A DNA stretch of 64,000 nucleotides from Klebsormidium nitens (GCA_000708835.1 DF237122.1:1-64000); one strand, 5' to 3'. Shown: positions 40,486-54,016, counted from the first letter of the stretch. Made by a program: numbers and translations. The notes: generated from the sequence alone by a model not told the origin.

Positions 40486-43400
40486 CTAGCTCCCACGCTC
40501 CACCTCCTCGGTGGGAAACTCAAATAAGGAAAACCTGGCCCGCAGTTGAAGCACCTTGGCCGGGTCGACATCAAGCGCCACACCGGTCAGAAGCCAGTAC
40601 CCCGGTTGCCGATCAGGCCCCCGAGTCAAGCTGGCAAGCCTGACGTACCTACCCAGCTTCGACTCCTGCTGACGCTCGCGGTCGACCTCCCGCTCGTCAG
40701 ACTCGTTCCCTTCGCAGGAGGTCGTCGTCGACCCCTGAGTCTCAGCCACACTTACGCCACTGAGAGACGACAACGTCGGCAAGCCCCTGCTAGAGCTCCC
40801 GGAAGGGGTCCCCGTGCTTGCGGAAGGGGTCCGCCGAGAGGGCTCCCACTGGGAGGTGATTAGCCGCGCCCCCTCGAGGACGGAGTAGTGGCCCTTGATA
40901 GACAAGACCGGAGCGCTGTCCCCGGGCTTGGCCTTGGTGATGGCTAAACGGGCGCCTGTGAGCACGTGGACCTTGCCCTGCTGCTGCTCCGAATAAGAAA
41001 CCTCGGCGCAATCCACCTAGGAATGTAAGAAGATGGGCTGCTTTAGTAGACACAATCGAGTGATCGCGCCCTCGGTGTTCGGGTCTCGGAATCTAGGCGT
41101 GAGATCCTGGAGGGGGTTCACTTCCGAACAAACCCTTTCGCGAACCAAGTGGCCTTCCTGATTCCTGTCGAAAAGCCGTTTTGAAGTTTTCCATGTTTCG
41201 GAGAAACTTGTTAGCATTGCGGAATCCGCCTGACGTCGACCAATCTGTTGAAATTAGGTCGCAGGCGGTGCTGCCTTTCTGATGACAATATGCAGGACAT
41301 CGTTCGGGGGTAACAAAGTAAGTAAAACCAACGGTTTTTTGAACACCCGTCTTGATATCCGGGTCATAGTCCCCGAGGATTACCTAGATGCTGACCACTG
41401 AACTTTCAAATGGTCTCTTCATTAATGCTGACTTCATTCTGACCATGAAACAAATGAGGAGCACAACTACAAAACGTCAAAAAAGTAAAGTCACAACGCG
41501 TGTAAAACGAGTGTCGTCGCCGGTCGTTATGCAAGGTCGTAAAGTAGTTGGTCTGGTTCTTAGGAAGAGCGACTCTTCCTGCGCTCCAGATCCGTCAACA
41601 TCATCCACGTACGCGCGCAGTTTCCGCCCTATGCATCATTGCGCGCCCGCTCGAACAACGAAACTCACGTTCATGCCTTTGAATTTGACATAGCGCGAAA
41701 GCGCGCTTCGGCCTGGGTGCCACTCGCCGCCCTCCATCCGGCTGGCAAATCCGGCGCGCACCAGAATGTCGGGCAGCTGGTTGGTGCGCTCAATGCACAG
41801 CTCGAGCGTGTCGTTGTCAATGCCCGTGATCCAAAGTTTGATGCCAACCGGCACGCCGCCTGTGAAGCGTACCTGCACACACAATACGTGGACTTGAAGC
41901 TTCCACATGGCAGGCTCGGTTCAATCAGGGCTCAATCAGCCTCTGTTGACGTCACGATGACCAGAAGGCTGTGGCCTTGATGGCCAGGTTGCTTCCATAA
42001 GTGGTAGTCCTGGTGAATAACCACCAGCGAGAAGACGCTTGCTTGCATTCAAAACTTCGAATCTGCATGCGGTTATCAGGTAAAAATAGGTGCATTCAGT
42101 CCGGCGCACATGCATAATGCCAAAGCCGTTATCCTGAATGCTGGTCGAAACGATGGCTTTGTCTGGAGACAAAGCCATCGAGTAACGAGTAACAAAGCTA
42201 TCAGCAGACCAAGGAAAGTGTGGAGAATTAATTCGAAACTAACAGTCGTCAGACGCCTGCTGGGCTGGCGCTCAGGACTTTGAGTGCCTATTGGCTTGTG
42301 TGATTCAGGACAATGACTATCAGGACTTTCTCGTTATCTGTAGTCAAGTGATCATGCTTTGTTGCGCCCGTATTGAAGGCTACAGCATGGAAGTGCCTGT
42401 CGGCGAGTGCAATGCAACGCGTTAACGCTGCTCGCTGATATTATTTAGGCTCCGTAATGGCAGGTATTGTAATCAATTCTCGTACTGTACATTTGTGAAT
42501 TTCAGAAGCACAAGGAGCGGGTGTTGGCAGACTCACAGGATCAGTATTGACGTAGAACCTCCGGGCCATGCCAAACCGCGACATCTCCTGGAACAGAAAC
42601 TCGCTGCCAGCCTTGACGGATACCGGGCTCCCTGCAGCACCGGCCGTTCCTAGCTCGGTCTCGCTGACGTACTGCCTCCAGGTTTCGCTGGTGGCCTGTG
42701 ACGTCTGCTTGACGCGTTGGAAGTCGAGGTACGCCGCCAGGTCGAAGTGGGGCACCCGGCTCAGCGAAAAGGGGGTGCCCGAGCCATCGACGACTTGGTT
42801 CAAGCACCACCGGTTGGCGGCTGCAGGGAGAATGACACTGTTCAGATGCCGCGGAGGGGCCGCGGAAAGGATGGGCTGCGAAAGTGTTGGGTTTGGGTTT
42901 TGTGGCGTAACCAATAATTGGGCAAGGTGATTGATTAAGATTGCAATGGTAGGACGCAAGCTGACCACAGGAAAAGATCGAGGCTGGCGATGATCGGAGC
43001 CCCCTCCAAGCGGGTCCACCGAGGTGGTTCCTCGTACGCCAACACATCTTTGGACCAGTCTTCGCCAAAGGTTTCATTGTCTAGCACTTTGTCGAGATAC
43101 GAGGGCATTGATGGACGATCGAAGCGAACACTTTCACGAGCAACAGAGCTGCTCGGTCCCTACTTGGTCCAGACCAATAGAAAACGCGCATCTGATTCAA
43201 CCGGAAGCAATCAACTGAACCCCTAAAGGGATCCGGGGCGGCACCGGATGAACACCCAGCTGTCTGAAACGGCCCTGAAGCTCCCCAACAGCAAAACGTA
43301 CTCACAAACTCGACGAATAGTCATCCGGTACGTACCTGCTTGGATCCACTTTATCGCATCTTCGAGAAGACGCCGCCGGGCCTCGTCTCGGACAAGCTCG

Positions 43401-45034
43401 CTCTGCAGGACGGTAGTGGCGGTAAATACCACGGCGTCGTCCGCAGTCCCATGTTCGTCGGCTCTTGTCACCTCCTCCTGCGGGAGAGTCACACACATGT
43501 GTGGACCAGTCCAGAAGCCTGTACGGAGACGTGGGGCAGAGTAGAACGCGGTGGTCAGCCCGGATGTCCCACAGCGCTGGACTGGTACTTTCGTGTCAAG
43601 TCATCTTTATCTTCATGGTAAGGAGTTGGCTGACCCTTTGGGGATAGTTGGCTCCGCTTCACAGTGTGATTCACAAGGTTGGACTCAATTTTGCAGGAGG
43701 GAAAATGGAAGCACCACGGGGCAAGCTGATGAAGTTGGCACATAACGTGCCTGTTCAAACGGAAATCAATTAGCAGCTTTGAGGACCTCTGTTCGGGGGA
43801 TACCTGTTCGTCCTTCGTGCTGAAATGTACGCAAAACCGATCATTAATGTTTCAATTGAGAGCCCTGCAAACAAGAATTCCTGATTGTGGAAAGACTGAT
43901 GAAGATTAGCTGCAACTCCTGGGCAGGTCAGATCCAACTAGCGGGGGTGCTTATGCTGGTGATTGCCTGTCCGTGCTTGAAGTAAAGTGGCGTAAACCTC
44001 AAACAAGCATCATGCCAGGTTGTATTCAGACTGTTGACAGGTGGAGCTCAAATGCAATCCGAACATGGGCCCAACATATCAGCCCCTCCACTCGACCCGT
44101 AAGCTTACCTTGTGCTCTCCTGACGCCGCAGCCGAGCTGCCGAACTCGACGCCGGCAGAGAGACCGGTTCCGTCCGGCGTCGTGGCCCCCAAGCTTGCTT
44201 TCGTGTTGGTCGCCGCACGTCGACCTCCGAGTTCCTCAGTCTTGCTCCCCGACTGCTGCCGAAGTGTGCCCACGTTCACAGCCATCACAACGACAAGGCC
44301 GGTCTCGAGGATGTGTTGTGCCAGCACGCGCGCGTTCCAGGTTCTTGGGAGGGCCGCTTCCAACTCTGGGATCATGCCCAACCTGACACACAGAAAAGCG
44401 TATATTTGTGGACCTAGCAATCTGCATGTTCAAAGCGCAAGAAACCTATACTGTTCGTTGGTAGGCACTAAGAAGCTCGAGAAACCTATCGTTTTCGTTG
44501 TTAAGCACTAGCCTGTATATCTGCATGATAAGGAGGGCGCCGATTCTGAGATGAGCTGAGTTAGAACTGACGTTCGCAAAAATTACGCGGCACCTGACGG
44601 CGTACTCGCTCTATGAATGCAATCGAAACAAGACGAAAGGCTGTTTAGACAGTTGCAAGCGCCAAGAAGTTTGGCACCTTTAATCGTGGCAATCAATCTA
44701 TTGGCAACAGCTATCCAAAAGTCACCCGATCGCAAAGCCAGAGGATTGGAAAGCAAACGAATGAAATCTTGTGAGCTGTAATAGAGCGTTAGACAATCTT
44801 GTCACAAGCAGAGGCGATAAGAGCGTTGGTAGTCAGGTGCAAGTCTTACTTGGTGCCGTCCTTTAAATCGGAGTTGCACAGACTAAGACTGGACAGGAAG
44901 TTGTCCTCTTCGCAGAAGTCATGTGACGACAGCTGCATCCGCAGCTCGGCATGACCCCTGGAATGGCCCGCGCCAATGGTGACACTGTGGATCATTGCGC
45001 CCGCTGTCAGTGCAGATGCACTACCAGAGGCAGC
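40486..45034 (-). CDS. Multi-exon hypothetical protein; exons ~45034..44850, 44382..44109, 43477..43336, 42820..42537, 41872..41669, 41016..40486; further exons likely; start unresolved
   Basis: Protein-like ORF segments bounded by GT-AG sites in compatible phases (e.g. ...YVNTDP|VRFTGG...KGMN|VDCAEV...). No family recognised. Confidence 0.55.
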
Positions 45035-48000
45035 CTGCAAGAAAGGGGAGAGAGGATGGGTAAACAGCATGGATCCTGCTTTCACAACATTCAATAGGAT
45101 GTCTCGCTTGCGCCTCATGCCGCACATTCGCTCCCCGCCTCGTCTTTGACCTTGGCTTATTTATAGCTGGACATCTCATCAGCACGATAAAACAGGTCTG
45201 CGCAGGTTCCGGCATGACTCCTTCTGCTACACATAGCTCTCTACACACTCAAAAGATGCGTGAAAGGAAGTCTAAAACGTTGTCCTGCGATTGGGAGTCC
45301 TTGAAACCATCCTCTGACAATGGGCACTTTTTGAAACAGGGTAGACTACTGTAGCTTACACCTCGCTGCTTTTCTGTCGGCACTTTTGGAGGTTTTGGCA
45401 CCGGCCTTGACTCACACAAGATTAGAGCAAAGGAAAGGAAGCAGAGAACCATGTGACTGATCCAACCGCAAACCATAATTCTGGATCATTCTTCTCCGGA
45501 TCCGTAAGCCAACAAGGGTTTCCAACAAGTAGAGAATCCCCACCTCCTTCTTGCCCTCTGCATGCTCTATTGTGACCTTCTTGTGCAGGCTCGTGTGATG
45601 CCTAACGTTGGCAGGTAAGTGTTCAAGCCGCCCTTTGCAGACCTCCACTGTTCTCAGGACTGGCGAGAGATGGACCAGCGGCTTGTTCAGCTGAGCCGAA
45701 GGCCTGAGCTCTGGGAAGCCAGTCCCGCAGCCTAGGGTGTCGCAAAGGGGGGACGCTACCTGTATGAGAGATGCCTCAATCTGACTCCCTGGCAGGTAAT
45801 CCTGAAAGCGGAGCAGGTTCAGAGCAAATGCTTGGATGAGGCCCCCAAAGTATCAGAACAGTTCTGACAAAGGGAAAAGCTCTCTTACACATGTGCAGTC
45901 AAAGATTTGCCTGAAGCCAGCAATGGGTGGAAGCTGGACAATCATAAGGTGCCTGTGAAGCAGACTTTGCAGTCACCTTACCCATGGGTTGCTGAGCTCT
46001 CTGCTGTGATTGATTGGTGAGCTCAATCAATCACTCCGCAAAGCCAAGCCGACAGCTCACACCAAGATGGTCACAAAAAAATTGCAAGCCAAGTCTCTCG
46101 CTGGGACGTTCCCCTGACATTCCCGGTGTTCAGGTATGATGAGCAGTGCATTGTCCACATAGGAAGGTCCAAAACCTAAGCAGCGTCCCAAAACCCTCGA
46201 AGTGCAGGCTGCTTGGGCAGTCAAAGTCTCGGTGCTGTGAAGACTGACCTTGGTTTCATCACGACGAAAAATCCTTCTGACCCGGTTCAAGAGGGCCTTG
46301 ACCCTGTCCATTCCGCTGGGTTGCCGCCTTCCTGTAAGCTGAGGGGGAATACAGCGTCAGTGCGCTAAAATAAGTCAGGGTTTTGATGGAATTCAAAAAT
46401 ATCAGAAGAGGTCAACATAGTAAAGACCTAGCTGGAAACGCTTCTTCTTTGCCTGGACGATGCCTTGAATCTTCTTATGGGAGTTCTTACACAACTTGCC
46501 TTCAGACCAGGCCCGTCCTTATGTGCAATAGCTTCAGTAATCCAGAAGGGACTGACAACCCTCTGCATGTCGAGTAACATGTTAGGCCACATGGTCCAAC
46601 ATTCTGAAGTGCATGGCCTGTACATGAATCCAAACATTATGTTACTATCGTTCACAAGTGGTTTATTCAACTTTGTGCAGTATCCTTCTGGCCTGTCCTT
46701 GGACATTTCAGAGGAAAAAAAGTTAGAGGGAAGCCCATCAAACCAGAATAAAACACCCTTCTTGCGAATGAGCTTACCGTCAGACACTAGTAACATTCAA
46801 CGCTCTCTCCAAGATCGAAACAATTGTGTTTAAGCTCAGCTGTACACCACAACACCTCAGTCCCGAGGGAGTGTTTGCACTTATTGCTGGCTCTTGCGCA
46901 TCAACTGAGCAGCTCGTGAACAATAGAAAGCATACCAACTTCTTTACCTAACAGCTCGGCCCAAGCAATTTGCTTATCCTGGCAGCTTCAAACAAGGCCA
47001 GCTTTTCACCTGAGGGAGAACATTCAAGGCAGACTTTTAAGCTAATCTTACTACAAAGTTTCCCCAGCAAATCCTCCATCAACCTATGCACTGAAGCAAA
47101 CAAACCCTTGTACCTCCAGCTAATTACTCACCTGATGATCACATCGTGCAGATAGAATTGTGCTCTGTTCTCCCTTTGTTCCTCTGTTCACCAGCTCGCA
47201 GCTCCAACAGCTGCCAATATATGGCGCTTGTCTTTCAATTGGTGCTGCACAAGCGTGACTACCAAAGGGATGTGGCCTCCAACTTCTGTTCGCCTTAAAG
47301 TTGATTCAAAAAATGAATGCTTGCAAATTGTGGAGATTTTCCAGGTAAGGCTCCCTGGGGCAAGCCTGCAGGCTGCAGTGCGTAGCTGACCAATGCAGTG
47401 GCCAATGCCGTATATGTCGCTGCCACATCAAAAAGTCAAACGCATCTTTCCAAGCGCCTCTGATTGCAGGGGTTTGTGCCTTCCCAGTAGAAAGCCCCAG
47501 GGGGAAGTGGAGATTGAGAGGAATATTGATGAGAATAACGTCCCGATACCACCCCACCTTACTCCCGTCTTGTCTCCTTTTGTCAGTCTACGGTACTCCA
47601 CTTTCACAAGCATCACGTACGGTACAATTAAGCCCCTGCAAAAGCACCCTCGATCGTCACAAAAAGGTGAAAAGATGCAACGCAGCACGTCACAAGATTC
47701 CGTTTTGATGCGCTGGCATCACAGCAGCACCCTGAGGCGTGTGCTGGATTCCGTTCGAGGAATCTAGTTGGTCCGCGCGTGCAGGCTCGCGATCAGCGGC
47801 CCGCCCGGGCGGCTCGCGCCAAGGCACTGCACGTACGGCGGCCGCGTGACTGCATGCAGGTTGATGCTGGCTCGCGGCTAGCTAGCTGAGCTGCCTTTTT
47901 GAATCAACGATGACAACGAGGCAGCATGGTGCAGCTGAACCGCGTGCTCTTTAGTTCGTCGAAGATGGCTACGGCCGCCGGGCCTTATGAAAATAATAAG

Positions 48001-48544
48001 AGGACACCAGGAGAGCACACAATAATCCAGTGTAGAACAAACCACACAATGATGGATACAAGAGATGGATACAAGAGATCGACTTTTGTCTCACTGTCGT
48101 CAAGCTGCGATTCGATGTACTGCGTGTTGGTGCATGAATCAGGTGCACCGATTCAGAACATGACGCCGCAAAATACCTGTCATTCTTTTGTTTCTTTAGG
48201 CGATGGAAAAGCGGCACCGCCCTTATATGTACTAATGGCGCACTAGGAAGGCACGATGCGTTAGACATGAGGATCGCCTGCAAGCTCTTGGGAACGATGA
48301 GATGCATTGAAGGACCCTCGGCCCCTGCCAGCCAGCAATGATCAGAAGGACCTAATTATCAAGCGCGCCTGCTCAATTGCGCAGGACATGATGATCGAAC
48401 AAAGACCAAAGGTGACGCGACTGGGGCAGGATGGCCATGGAGTACAGTTAAGAAGCGCAGCCAACATCTCTCCGATCACAGGTGGAGCGGGTCCCGCATT
48501 CATATGAAGAGAGTCCGGAATGACACCCGAGTCAAGCTCTCACG

Positions 48545-51247
48545 TCAACAAGCTTGCTTCGAGTCAAAAAAGGAGCGAGCAATGTCGATGGCAGCAAGTC
48601 GCGGGTTCAAGGTCCCAAGCAAGACCTCCCGTTCGAGCTTGAGAACCTTTGACTGGATGTCGGGGTCCGCTCTCAACCTGCACACAAGGTTCAAGCCGAT
48701 CAGGCCTAGTCCCGAATCTCCCTTGAGTACCACTTTCACTTGATGCGAATGTATCGAGAAAGGCTTTACACCAAAAGTAATGCGAAGTACGTGCTCATGC
48801 GGAATTTGTTCCGTTGCGTCCGCCATTCCACAGGACAGCAGCGGGTAGCTTTCCGTACCCCGACAGAATCAAGTCAAGATCACCGCTAGCAGGGTGTTTC
48901 AAAGTAGACCAACAAAGAAGAAAGGAAAAGGCTGAAATGGTCGGAGAAGAAAGACGACATGAAACAGACCGGAAGGAACTGACCCTGAAGAGGACGGAGA
49001 AGAACATACAAAAAGCTGGTCCGACTCGGACAGAGTTTGAGGTTGTCCAAAAGCTGAGTATCAACAGGCAATGAACGGCGAACAAGCGAAGTATAACCTG
49101 GATCGACTGCGAAAGAGACGTTCACTTATGTTGTCAGAGTACTTGCAACCAATTCTCCGAACTTGAGAAGCTCACACACTTACGCACCTGTCTTCGAAGG
49201 CCTCTTTCACGGTGCTCCACATGAGCCGCTTCCGCTGCCCTTTCCGCCGGAGCTCGAGCTCGCCCGCACCTTCCATCATTTCCCGAAACTCGAGCGCCTT
49301 CTCCCAAACGGTCCGAACGCCCTCCCCAGTCCGAGCGCTACAAGACAAAACCTACAGAAAAAGCACGTTTTGTGACGAGCCCCTCGTCAAGTGGGCGGGA
49401 AAACTGACGCTTCAAACAAGCCAGGGAGGCATACCGAGTGACGTGCTGATTGCGAAGGCAAGAGGCCTATACAGCAATCTCCAGATCATATACCCTTCCC
49501 TGGCGGCTGAGCTCGCAAGGCCGCAGGATGGTGGTGTTTCTGATGGGAATGTTTCTGACATCCGGTCGTTTGTCACTGTCGCACTGGCTGCGTAGTAGCT
49601 CCGTTGAAGGCTGTGGGACTGCTCGATCGAAAAAGGGCTCCAATTCGAATTTGTGTCCAATCGCCAGACGGCAGCTGCAGGGTCAGGCAGGCAGTCTGTG
49701 GCAACTCAAGATACGTCTTTCAAGACTGAGTAACGAATTTTGAATGCCTGTTTTGTAGTTTCCCTCACCTGCGGGAGCCAGTGGCGCGACCGGGGCCTCA
49801 GATAGCTCAATGCCGCTCGGTACTCTCCGACTGAATGCTCCGCAACGTCTTTCATCTCTCCGTCAGCTTTGTTGACCACAAGTAAATCTGCCACCTCAAC
49901 CACCCCCTTTTTGAGGCCCTGTAATTGATCCCCCCCGGCAGGAGGCAGGACCAGCATCAACAGGTCGACGATGTCAGCGACGGCGGTGTCGGCTTGGCCG
50001 CCGCCGACAGTCTCGACCATCAGGAAGTTGTAACCGGCAGCCTGCCCGGAAGAAGAACTGGAATCAGTGGACATGTAAACTTTCGAGGGAAAGCTTCCAG
50101 AAAGGACGAGATAGGGCAGTCAGATCCCAGCTGCGGTTTTGAACTCCTTCCAGCTCGTCCTTGTCGAGCTACAACACGGAGGCCCTGTCATTCAGCTGAA
50201 ATTTTTGAAATATGAACAGGGCAAAGAGAAGAGAGCTCATCAGCAGCTCAAGCGAACATGTGATGCGGAGAGTAGCCCTTATGGTCGATGTTTCGAATGC
50301 AATCTGTTCAATTGCACCTTGAGAGGTCGGTGTTCTGGCACAGTGCGTAAAGGAGTACACGACCAATCCCCATCTCTAAATTGTATCTCGAAAGTAGCTG
50401 TCATGAGTAGAGACAGTCCTTTCAAGGATGACCCAGGAAACTCGGGCTGCACCCTACTGAAAATTTCACTGTACCCGCTTTTGCTCATGCAGCTAAACCA
50501 GAGAAAGTACAGAGTCGGGCACCTGTTGAGCCAGCCTTTCGCCAATGGGGCGCAGTAGCTTCACAACTAATGAGAAACACTCACTTCGCAGAGGGCGGCA
50601 GCGTCAGCCGTGTTCCGCGCTACTCCGCCCTTATGCCCCCTGCTCGGTGTCGGCCTGACATATGCACTGGGGTTCTTTGACAGCTCCTCCATCCGTGTCT
50701 TGTCCCCCAGAATAGAACCCCCCGACTGATCAGATGATGGGTCCACCGCCAGCACTGCGACTCTCCCCCCACCTTCGATTGCCAGATTCCCAAGCCTCTC
50801 TAGCAGACTGGACTTGCCAGCCCCGGGAGGCCCTGTCACGCCGACCCTGAACATCTTGGACTTGGACTGTGAGTCTGTGCTGGCAGCAGCAAGATGCTGG
50901 AGAAGGCCTGCACTCTGAATTTGATGGTCCCATCTTCTAGACTCGCAGAGGGTGATGGCACGGCTGAGGGCAGATAGCTGACCAGAGAGGATGCCGTCTG
51001 CTAGGCTTTGGGTTTGCTTGTCTAGCTTGTAACCCAGGGTTTCTGGTTCGGGTACATGAGAAGGAAGACTCTGATCAGGAGCTGTATGAAAACACAAACT
51101 TGTATTGCCGGGAGCCTGTGCTGAATTTGTTGATGGCTGGTGCAGTGGAAACCTTAAGAAGCGGGGTAAGAAAGAGTAGAATGTGCTCGTGGCGCTGAAA
51201 GATTTCAAAATCAGCTCAGCACCCTTCTGAGATGCAAACGAATGCAT
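48545..51247 (-). CDS. MMAA: Methylmalonyl-CoA mutase-associated GTPase MMAA/MeaB (~410 aa); complement(join(48545..48677,49188..49351,49769..50041,50585..51247))
   Basis: LSRAITLCES, GVTGPPGAGKS, AVDPSS..SGGSILGDKTRM, YVRPTPSRG, VETVGGGQ, PPAGGDQLQGLKKGVVEVAD, NKAD, SCSA. Junctions are in phase. Confidence 0.93.
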
Positions 51248-51378
51248 GCTTGGGCTCTTTACTACCAGTATTGATATAGCTTGCAGGAAACAGACATGAA
51301 TGCAAGTTACAACTACAGAAGAGAGCAAGAATACAAGACCAAAGGTTCCTCGAGCAAGTGGATCCGCCACAGTACAAG

Positions 51379-51427
51379 TAGTACTACCGTCCTATCCGGT
51401 AGTAAGCTTAGTACTACCGTCCTATCC
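51379..51427. repeat. 19-bp direct repeat TAGTACTACCGTCCTATCC x2
   Basis: Copies at 51379 and 51409, in the MMAA/BTB2 divergent promoter region. Confidence 0.85.
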
Positions 51428-51920
51428 TACTAGTAGTACATGCTCGCTGGCGCCAAGCTGCCATGCACTGCCAGCGCGCATGCAGTGCTACAGAGTTGCT
51501 CATGCATGCTGAAGGCTGCGCCAGCCTGAAAGCCAGAGGTAATGGGGTTTGCGAGAATGGTAATGATCGTCAGCAGATTTGACTGCCGCCTGGCAAGACG
51601 GCGGGACCGGGCTTCAAGTTCCGGCGTCCGCCGCCCTTCAAGTCGCGGTTCTTGACATCTACAGTGCCGGTTCATTCGATGCCCGAGGTGTCGGAACAGT
51701 CGGTAGCAGTCGGAACCCTCGCAGGGAATTGCGCGCTATCGCTAGCCCTAGTTCTTTGCCAGCCCGCTCTTTTACATCAAGAATTGGCGCACTCTGCTAC
51801 TAGTACTACTACCTAGTTCAGAGTCACAGTTTGCTTTCACCTGCTAGCTTGAAACTTGGATATGAACCAAACCTCCAACTTCCAAGTTGGAAACATCAGA
51901 TTTGCTCAGCAATTGTCTGC

Positions 51921-52907
51921 ATGGCGGGCCGGGACGATGGGGAAGTAACTGATGCTGCGGCGGCTGCTGGAAAGCGACGCAGAATTGACGAGAGCGGGCA
52001 AGCGGATCCCCCAAGCTCTTCAGCAGCCAACGGGATGGCTGCGCTCACAGCTCAACTTGGAGTACTCAAGAGTGTCATGGTCATCAAAGACGCGGAGTTG
52101 AATGCTCAGAGGGAAGAGCTTGAACGATTGCAAACAGCTCTGGAGCGAACGAGATTGAAACTGGCGGAAGCAACAGCAGCCAGTGCGCGCAGAGTCGATG
52201 ATGGGGCTCGTTTTCACTTTGTTTTGGCAGGGACAGGGCAAACAGGTTCGATCCCGCGGAGCTTTCTGGCATCAGAACCAGACTCACTTCTCAACAAGAT
52301 GTACAATGGTGAGTGGGATTATGCGCGGGACGATCAGGGTCGGGCGTTAATCAATTGTCACCCGCAACGGTGGGCCGCAATCCTAGAGCATCTGTCAACG
52401 GGGACGGTTCCTAGGGTCCTAGATCAGCAGTTGCTGGATCAGGCTCGGCACTGGAATTTAGTGCGGCTCGTCCAGGCAATGGAAGATTCAACTCCGGGGG
52501 TCACTGTGACAAACCATCCTGATGGCGAAAGCTGCACCGTGCGGTGTAGGTTCACATCAGTTATGAAGCACCTTACTACGGTCGACAAGGTGTTGAGCCT
52601 TACCTTCTGCTTTCTTCATTATCAACTTTGGTCCTTGGACATCACAACACAAGGGATTAGTCTTTCTGCCATGGCTTCAAGTTATGGGGAAAGTCCCCCT
52701 AGCTTCAAAGCTGAAGCCAAGGTAAAGGTGCTTCTACGAGGAACAGTTCTTGAAGACTTCATCAGGGGCCTTAGATACGATCAGATGTGGAATATGGGAG
52801 TTCACTTTGGAAATTGGGGGTATAGTTGTCACGAGTTGGTCACCGAACCTCTTGCAGTCGTGCATGACCAACTTCTCGTTCAAGTTGAGATTTATCTTAT
52901 CAAGTAA
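51921..52907 (+). CDS. Intronless coiled-coil + BTB/POZ + MATH-like protein, paralog 2
   Basis: FVLAGTGQTGSIPRSFLASEPDSLLNKMYNGEWDYARDDQGRALINCHPQRWAAILEHL is nearly identical to paralog 1. GKRRR motif. ATG at 51921. Confidence 0.87.
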   Translation: MAGRDDGEVTDAAAAAGKRRRIDESGQADPPSSSAANGMAALTAQLGVLKSVMVIKDAELNAQREELERLQTALERTRLKLAEATAASARRVDDGARFHFVLAGTGQTGSIPRSFLASEPDSLLNKMYNGEWDYARDDQGRALINCHPQRWAAILEHLSTGTVPRVLDQQLLDQARHWNLVRLVQAMEDSTPGVTVTNHPDGESCTVRCRFTSVMKHLTTVDKVLSLTFCFLHYQLWSLDITTQGISLSAMASSYGESPPSFKAEAKVKVLLRGTVLEDFIRGLRYDQMWNMGVHFGNWGYSCHELVTEPLAVVHDQLLVQVEIYLIK

Positions 52908-54016
52908 GGAATCTTTGCGAGCTCGTAATGGCTTCGATTTAGTCCGAGGAGGCCAACGGCAAACGGGACAAACTTGCAAGATGAGCCTAAAATGGAGAGT
53001 AGAATGACCAGAGACAGGATTTCCATTGTTTTAGACATGAAAGGTGCTCTTCGAGCTAGATCTGATGATAAATGGTCTCATGGAACTACTCCTGATTCAT
53101 TGACAGCTTCCTACATCACTTGCATCCAGCTCTTCTCCGGGACGCAGACTTCCTTCATGCGGCTTCTGGTGATCCGACAGATGCTGTAGAGATGCTTCAT
53201 CATGCAATGATTCAACTGGACATGCACGAGTCCCCATATGTGTAGGTGGCTTCATGAGTCAAAACCACTCTCATGCATTGTGGATCATCTCGCAGATCCC
53301 TCGTAGAGTACGTGTGGGTTATGATCTCTCCACACCCTGACATCATGCAATACGAATTTATTCTCTCTTAATGTATTGATTCTTACTACCTTGGAACCGC
53401 AAGAACTGAGGCCTGCTTCCGCGGCTCTGCCATTTGCAAAGTTGTAATCATGTATGAGCACACGTACACGCCCAGTTACAAAGGATGTCATCTCGAAGCT
53501 GCACATAACAAGAATAGCACACGCTTGAGTCCAGTAGCTTCCTCGGAGTCGGGTATAGCGAAGCAGCCATGACCCTTGCAATTGACCATGCACATGAATC
53601 CGACTATGTCAATACTTCCTTGACGGGGTTTTAAATGCATATAACCATAGATATTACCTATACCTAGCCCATTCATGCGATACACACGCTCTCAGCGATC
53701 GCACAAAGCTCGGGACTTTCTTTGAACGTGAGCTCGATGCTAACTCTCAAAAACAGAATTTGTCGGAATAGATGAAACAATGGAAAAGGAACAAACAGAA
53801 AATGAATCACGACCATCAGCCTGCACTTTCTCAAGCATCCACACTACAACCACTCCCGGGCACAAGTCACCCCTACGCTTCATCAAACACAAGTTCTCAC
53901 CCAGCCAAAACAGCCACTTCTCGATCGCACATCTTCCTGTCCCTGTTAACAGCCACGTCTCTGATGGACAGCCACTTCTTTGCCTACTCGAAACGACACC
54001 AACCGTTCTCCCCAAT

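Noticed and set aside
52245-52255. GGTTCGATCCC tRNA T-loop-like motif
   Set aside because: Lies inside the BTB2 coding sequence, with no cloverleaf or A-box
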